Assembly (NCBI RefSeq): GCF_004010195.1
Contig: NC_057719.1
Location: 52,348,263 to 52,376,211 of the forward strand
Source of the DNA: Chiloscyllium plagiosum
Taxonomy: Eukaryota
Direction of reading: 5' to 3'
Length of the DNA stretch: 27,949 nucleotides
In this document: one piece after another, positions 22,725 to 27,949 of the stretch
Layout of the letters: the number at the start of each line of letters is the position of its first letter
How positions within the stretch are numbered: position 1 is the stretch's first letter
Notes under the pieces: model-generated
Databases searched by the model: none
What the model was told of the DNA's origin: nothing
What the model saw: only the letters and a program-made list of their open reading frames with translations
Made by a program: the position numbers and the translations under genes

Positions 22725-22889
22725 AATATTTCATTTGGTCCTGGATATTTATCTACATTTAAGCCTGCCAGACCACTCCTTACCTCCTTTATGAAATGCT
22801 AATTTCTTTAAGTTTATCACTGTACTTCTCCCTGATTTCTATACCCACATCGTCCCTGTCACTACTGAACACCAAGATAAAGTATTAAT

Positions 22890-23080
22890 TTGGAGGACAA
22901 ACAAGATCAATTTGAAGGGTTTGGAATATAAACAGCAAGGACATTTGAGGCAATTAGACAAGGCTTTGGTGGGACTACACCTAGAAGAATGTATACAGTT
23001 CCTATCACCTTTGCGAAGTGAAGGATAAGCTTGCCTTAGAACAGTTGTAATAAACATTCACTAGATTTATTTCCACGACT
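22890..23080 (+). mobile_element. Old CR1 fragment
   Basis: Degenerate QLDKALVGLHLEECIQF.SP (CR1 'LYKALVRPHLEYCVQFWSP'). Confidence 0.65.
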
Positions 23081-23342
23081 AGTTTGTCAATCCAGTAAAA
23101 GGAGGTAGCGTACAATAGATATGTATAATTTGGAGTATACAGATGGTCTTTCCTCTGTCGGGTATTTGGTTCTAAGTGGTTACCTTATTGTTGTGTTTTG
23201 TTTTTAGTTTGTTCATTCACAGGATGTGAATTTCATGGGATGTTTTATTTTAAGTACCCAGTTTCTAGGAAAGTCTCTAAAATCAAAACGATTGTTCTAA
23301 CTGTGTCTGCACGATCCTGGCTTAGCAAAAACTCTATTGTAA

Positions 23343-23655
23343 GGGGCGGCAGTGATACAGTGGTAATGTGACTAGACTCATAATGCCAAGTTAATGTTCT
23401 GGAGACATGGGTTTGAACTTCTTCATAGCAGATTATAAATTTGAACTCAAACAAACACAATAAAGAATCAAGAGCTTGCCCAATATTAATCACCCTATGT
23501 AACCACTATTAATTGTTGTAAAAAGCCATCTGGTTCAAACTAGGGAAGGAAATCTAAAATCCCTACTTGGTTGGGCCTATATGTGATTTCTGATGCACAA
23601 CGAAGGGTGGCAATAAATATTGGCCTGGTCACATCCTGTGAATAAATATTAAAAA
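23343..23655 (+). mobile_element. tRNA-headed SINE, near full length
   Basis: A/B-box-like head (cagtggtaatg...gggtttgaac), body shared with 26223-26520, tail ggcaataaat..tggcc...gtgaataaat. Confidence 0.75.
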
Positions 23656-23669
23656 GGTGCATCCTTAAG

Positions 23670-23978
23670 ATGGGCTCTCATGCTGTTTCTTGTCCCATGA
23701 TTGGCAAACACTTGAAAGCCATAGTGATGTATACAGTTCTCCAAGAGCTGCCATGAGGGCGATGCAATGGCAATCTGGCAAATCGTGGTCATTTTTAACC
23801 TGCTTTAATTTGCTGGAACCTAAAGATATTCATTAGACATGGTGTTTAGTCTGTAAGGTCTTTTCATTTGTTTGAGCAAAAGATATGAATCAGTTATTAT
23901 GTTTGTTTCAATTTAAGGAAGTACACAAATGTGTGCATGTGATTGGCAGAGTTGCTGGTATCCTTGAGATCCATTGGT
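23670..23978 (+). pseudogene. Late REJ helical-region remnant (one or two exons)
   Basis: GSHAVSCP.IGKHLKAIVMYTVLQEL / EGDAMAIWQIVVIFNLL resembles RSLAITLP..LTVWLHGLTASVLPGLLRQADPQHVIEYSLALVTVLN. RKYTNVCM*LAELLVSLR (core 23943-23969) resembles RQHRAQIRKNITETLVSLR. Confidence 0.65.
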
Positions 23979-24024
23979 AGCCAACCTAACTCTAACTCTG
24001 TCGCCTCTTCTGACCATACAATTA

Positions 24025-24310
24025 TCATAGATCTTTGCACTCTTCCAATTCTGGCCCCTTGCTTGGCTCCAATTTTTATTGTGTTGACCTTGCCTTTAGC
24101 TGACTGGGCACTGGAATTTCCTCCCTTAACCCCTCTACCATCCTACCTCTCTCTGCTCTTTCGACCTAAACATGTTGCTGTTCCAATACTTTTTTTGAGT
24201 GGCTCAGCAATAAATTTTGTTTGATTGCATTTCTTTGAATTAATTTGGCATGTATTTACTGTTCTTGTCACTGTGTTTATTGCTATTTCACAATAAATTT
24301 CTATGTTTTG
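24025..24310 (+). mobile_element. L2 LINE 3' fragment
   Basis: gatctttgcactcttccaattctggcc...tggaatttcctccctt..accctct..tacctctct resembles L2 3' ends (WNSLP region). Confidence 0.55.
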
Positions 24311-24439
24311 TTGGGATGTCTTCTTATAAGTGCCCTGGCCTCATAATAAATTCGGGAATGATTGCCACAGCCACGTCAAGACTTGGCTTGGGGAAGTTTG
24401 ATATTTTCAAACAATTTGTACCCCATTCATTTCCACTAG

Positions 24440-24611
24440 GCTAGAGTCTTCATGTAAGAACACATAATATTCCATCACTGTCTTACAATGCAGTCTTTGA
24501 AAAATGCTCAACAGATGAGTCCAAAATGTAAAGCAATAAGCTGCTGTTGGTCAATATCAAGTAGATAGAACTTATTGTTGCAGCTGATAAATATTATTAT
24601 TCAGATCACAT
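24440..24611 (+). pseudogene. Late REJ exon remnant
   Basis: Acceptor cattcatttccactag|. EHIIFHHCL..QSLKNAQQM...IVAAD/IIQIT resembles RELVCRSCLKQTLHKLEAM...TAIGDSILNIT. Confidence 0.6.
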
Positions 24612-25049
24612 TTGAGTATTTTTCATCTGTTTTACATTATTCCTTAATAATTCATTCAACTGAAGATTATTTTACAAATGCATTTATCATTTATACACAA
24701 CAGTTTATCCCTTTTAATCAACTCTTTGGATTATAAATGGCTAGATCCAACACATCTTGGTAGAGAACACATCTTATTATTTGCTGGTTCATGGGGGTCA
24801 ACCCATCTACATTCTCTGCTAGCCTTGGATGTCTTGAGTACTAATCACTTAATCTTGTGTCTGAAAAGCTTGCACTTTATGGAAACATGTCATACGGAAA
24901 GTGTAGTCTTGTCTCACATTGTTGATGGGTCTTTTTTCTACCACACCTCTAAGTGAAGGAAAAACTCTTCTTCAGAATTTTGATCTCGCAAAAAACATTA
25001 AAAGGAGAAACCCTAGATCATTTTTTTTTTAAAAAAACACTGGTTAAAA

Positions 25050-25745
25050 AACAAATGTTGCAAATTGAAAGATAAGTTTAATTAGGATAAATGTGAGATG
25101 TTTGGTAAAACAAACAAGTATAGGCCTTGGGTAGTGTTTTGGAACAGAGAAATCTAGGGGTTCAGGTACATAATTCTTCACAGTTTGTGCCACATGAAAT
25201 GGGGTGGTTAAAAAGGCGTTTCGCATTCTTACCTTCATGCTCAGACCTTTGAGTATAGGAGTTGTGTTTAGGTTTACAGGACGGTGATGCCCCTTCTGGA
25301 GTACTGTGTCCAATTCTGGTTGCCCTGTTATAGGAAGGACATTATTAAGCTGGAAAGGGTTCAGAAGAGATTTATCAGGACATTGCCAGGAATTGAGGGT
25401 ATGATTTATAAAGGGAGGGTGGATAGGCAGGGACTTTCTTCACTGGAGTGTAAGAGGTTAAGGGGTGACCTTATAGAGATTTATAAAATCTTGAGTATAG
25501 ATAAGGGTGAATGGCAGTTGTCTTTTCCCTAGTGTGGAGGATTTCAAGACTGGGGGCATATTTTTAAGGTAAGAGGAGAAAGATTGATAAAAAGGCATGG
25601 GGGGGGCATAAGTGCATGAATAATAAATATTTGGAAGGATATGGGCCAAGCGCAGGCAGGTGGGAATAATTTAGTTTGGGATTATGGACAGCATGGACTG
25701 GTTACTGAAGAGTCTGTTTCCATGCTGTATGACTCTATAACTATT
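25050..25745 (+). mobile_element. CR1 LINE 3' fragment
   Basis: PLLEYCVQFWLPCYRKDIIKLERVQKRFIRTLPG...RLRGDLIEIYKIL (ORF 25284-25532) plus tail gactctataactatt. Confidence 0.9.
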
Positions 25746-25814
25746 CTGATTTGATTATTTGCAGCTGAGTCTGGGTGTAAATGTTTTGCTCAGATTTCAA
25801 TCTTATAATTTCAG

Positions 25815-26200
25815 GTCTTTGATTTGTGTACCAAATCTTCAGAAAAGATACTTTCACCAAGACAGTCATTGGTTCAAAACCTATAACACTTCCCATTACT
25901 TTCCAGTCACAGTTACATGGGTGTTCCAGTTTTGACTATTATGGATTGTCACTACGTTTATGGGAAATGGCATAACGTTATTTACTTTAAAAAAATCTGT
26001 TTCTGAGCAAATCCACTCCAAAAGTGTGACAGTAAGGATGCCTAGCAAACACTTAGTACTAACATTGGGAAGACAATGCAGGATGTTGGCTCTGCAGAAA
26101 CCATATGTGGTTGATATCATGGAGAAGCAGGAACCAGTATCCAACATTGTTGTTATTCTGAAAAGAAAGGGCATGCCTTTATATTATATCATTATGTTAT
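25815..26200 (+). pseudogene. Exon remnant: REJ end and start of GAIN-like region
   Basis: Acceptor ataatttcag|. SLICV, VIGSK/TYNTS, YMGVPVL, TTFMGNGITLFTLKKS, VTVRMPS, MLALQKPY and PVSNIVVILKRKG resemble DLIHL, MVASQAYNLTS, LMRSRVL, LTLAGEEIVAQGKRS, HFSIPE, IFLVDSNPF and TVSTKVASMAFQTQAG. Includes the 5' part of ORF 25960-26280. Confidence 0.7.
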
Positions 26201-26222
26201 CATTTATATTATTAGGTATTGT

Positions 26223-27625
26223 TGGGAGGCAATGGTCTTGTGATTTTATTGCTAGACTATTAATCCAGAAGCTCAGCTAATGTTCTGGGGACCTGGGTTC
26301 AAATCCCACCACAGCAGATTGTGGAATTTGAATTCAATTAAAAAATCTGGAATTAATAATCAACTGAGGACTGTTATATCATTGTCAATTTTGGGATAAA
26401 CACATCTCGCTCACTAATGCTCTTCAGGGAAGGAAATCTGCCATCCTTATCCTGTCTGGCTTACATGTGCCTCCAGACCCACAGCAACATGATTGGCTCT
26501 CAAGTGCCCTCTGAAATGACGTACCAAGCCATCTAGTTGTATCAATTGCTATGGAGTCTCAACAAAGAAATGAAACTGGATACATCGCCCGACATCATCC
26601 TAGACAGTGGAAATGACAACGGCAGATACAGCCCTGTCGACACTGCAAAGACCTCCTTACTAACCTCTGGAGACTATATGGGTAGAGCTGTCTCACAGAT
26701 TAGTCTCCTGTTTCTCCATGAGATCCATCTGCAGGTCAGAGTCTAGGAATACTGCCGTGAGTAGCTCACCTCCTGACTCCCCAAAGCCTGTCCATTATCT
26801 ATGAGGTGCAAGTCAGGAGTGTGTTGGAATACTCCCCACTTGGCCAGATGGTATATGTTCAACAACATTCAAAGCTTGAAATCATCCAGAACAAACCAGC
26901 CCATTTGATTGGCACCACATCCACAAAATACCAATTCCTCCACCACCAACGTATCCAAGCAGGATGGTAATGATTCACCACGGTACATTCGCTGCCGCCG
27001 ATTAGCCACTGCCGGTTCGCCACCAGCATTTCTCCATTGGGGTCGTTTGACCTCTGGAGACTATTCACCACCGGAAATATATATATATATGTACTGATTG
27101 TTTTCCCTCCCGCCTGTTCTTTAGTACTTCTCAGTCCCCTTTATTTATACAACAACATAGTACATATTGATAAAAAAAAGTGAAATAAATATCATTTTAT
27201 TGGTTTACACATAAAAATGAGTGACAAACACTTGCGGTGGCGAATCGTCCTCAGCGGCCTATGGGCGGTGGTGAAGAACCTCGGCGATGAAAGGGCAGTG
27301 GCTAATCGGCGGCGGCGAATGGTCCCATCCTGTAGCCGAGCAGCAGTGAGTACCGTAGATAAGACACACTGTAGAAATTCAACCAAAGATCCGCAGACAG
27401 CACCTTTCAAACCCGTGACCATTTAAAATCTGGAAGGACAGGAGATACATAGGAACATCACCACCTGCAAGTTCTCCTTCAACCCATCCTGACTTGGAAA
27501 TATATCCCCTTTCTTTCACTTTTAATTTAAAATCCTGGAATTCCCTCCCTAATGGCATTGTGGGTCAATCCATAGGTGGACAGCAGTGTTTCAAGAAGGC
27601 AGCTCACCACCACCTTATCAAAGGA
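26223..27625 (+). mobile_element. Internally deleted CR1-group LINE with tRNA-SINE-like 5' head
   Basis: Head with B box gggttcaaatccc, then endonuclease start (SLLT.../GELSHRL-like, about 26650-26705), post-RT LLTPQSLSIIYEVQVRSVLEYSPL (about 26768-26840) and C-terminal KSWNSLPNGIVG...FKKAAHHHL. Confidence 0.8.
26960..27332. mobile_element. hAT-like MITE (373 bp)
   Basis: Ends CAGGATGG...CCATCCTG. Inverted subterminal arms cattcgctgccgccgattagccactgcc / ggcagtggctaatcggcggcggcgaatg. 8-bp TSD tatccaag/tagccgag (6/8). Confidence 0.8.
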
Positions 27626-27860
27626 ACACTTCAACCAGGGCATCAATATGGACATACCAGTTTCCTCATTTCCCCTCCCCCCACTTTACCTCAGTTCCAT
27701 CCTTCCAGCTCAGTACTATCCTCATGACCCGTCCTACCTGCTAATCTCCCTTCCCACCTATCCGCGCCACCCTCCTCTCTGACCTATTACCTCCATCCCC
27801 GCCCACATTCACCTATTGTACTCTTTGCTACCTTCTCCCCAGCAACCCCCCACCCCCCAA
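27626..27860 (+). mobile_element. Penelope 3' fragment
   Basis: ggcatcaatatgga...cagtttcctcatttcccctccccc...gacctat matches 4930-5110. Confidence 0.8.
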
Positions 27861-27862
27861 CT

Positions 27863-27949
27863 TATAAGACCATAAGACATAGGAGCGGAAGTAAGGCCAT
27901 TCGGCCCATCGAGTCCACTCCGCCATTCAATCATGGCTGATGGGCATTT
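27863..27949 (-). mobile_element. Young CR1 3' end (continues beyond window)
   Basis: Tandem tail ataagaccataagacatagg followed by ggccattcggcccatcgagtc, with CpGs retained. Confidence 0.75.

Larger units (their letters stand above)
21395..22800 (-). mobile_element. Old CR1 RT fragments hosting a SINE and a PLE hairpin
   Basis: EDWRTTSVVLLFKRGVRNKAGNQRPVSLTSMVEK (ORF 22378-22647). Confidence 0.75.
1452..26200 (+). pseudogene. Unprocessed polycystin-1 (PKD1-family) pseudogene, partial: C-terminal PKD repeats + REJ + start of GAIN-like region
   Basis: About 13 non-repeat segments give peptides in the same order and on the same strand as PC1 (human sequence recalled from memory), e.g. LAVNTSL~AAVNTSV, EPKHRMTY~EPRAEHSY, LWAVY~YRWEVY, EINSSYWILDGK~EVSRSSYVYLEGR, LAELLVSLR~ITETLVSLR, VIGSK/TYNTS~MVASQAYNLTS. 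Every segment has frameshifts and/or stops. Several start at polypyrimidine-AG acceptors. The gene probably extends beyond both window ends. Confidence 0.75.

Noticed and set aside
25960..26280. ORF with hydrophobic PLYYIIMLSFILLGIV, suggestive of a Cys-loop channel TM1 or a cadherin-related TM
   Set aside because: The hydrophobic part is AT-rich low-complexity sequence running into a SINE-like head. The upstream part fits the polycystin REJ/GAIN region better.

Overview
Eukaryotic, AT-rich, repeat-dense genomic DNA. The repeat set (HE1/V-SINE, CR1, L2, RTE, Penelope-like elements, solo LTR) points to a cartilaginous fish, probably a shark (inference). No intact protein-coding gene, rRNA, tRNA gene or CRISPR array is supported, and nearly all listed ORFs are transposon fragments or chance frames. 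The main result lies in the unique sequence between the repeats. About 13 plus-strand segments (about 1450-26200), read across frameshifts and stops, give short peptides colinear with polycystin-1 (PKD1): the last ~6 PKD repeats, the REJ module and the start of the GAIN-like region. This looks like a heavily decayed, unprocessed PKD1-family pseudogene invaded by transposons. The comparison used my recollection of the human PC1 sequence and needs a real alignment. Other features include Penelope-borne minimal hammerhead ribozyme motifs, inverted or hairpin Penelope insertions with ~15-bp target duplications, a CpG-rich hAT-like MITE, and a tRNA-headed LINE that shares ends with a SINE.
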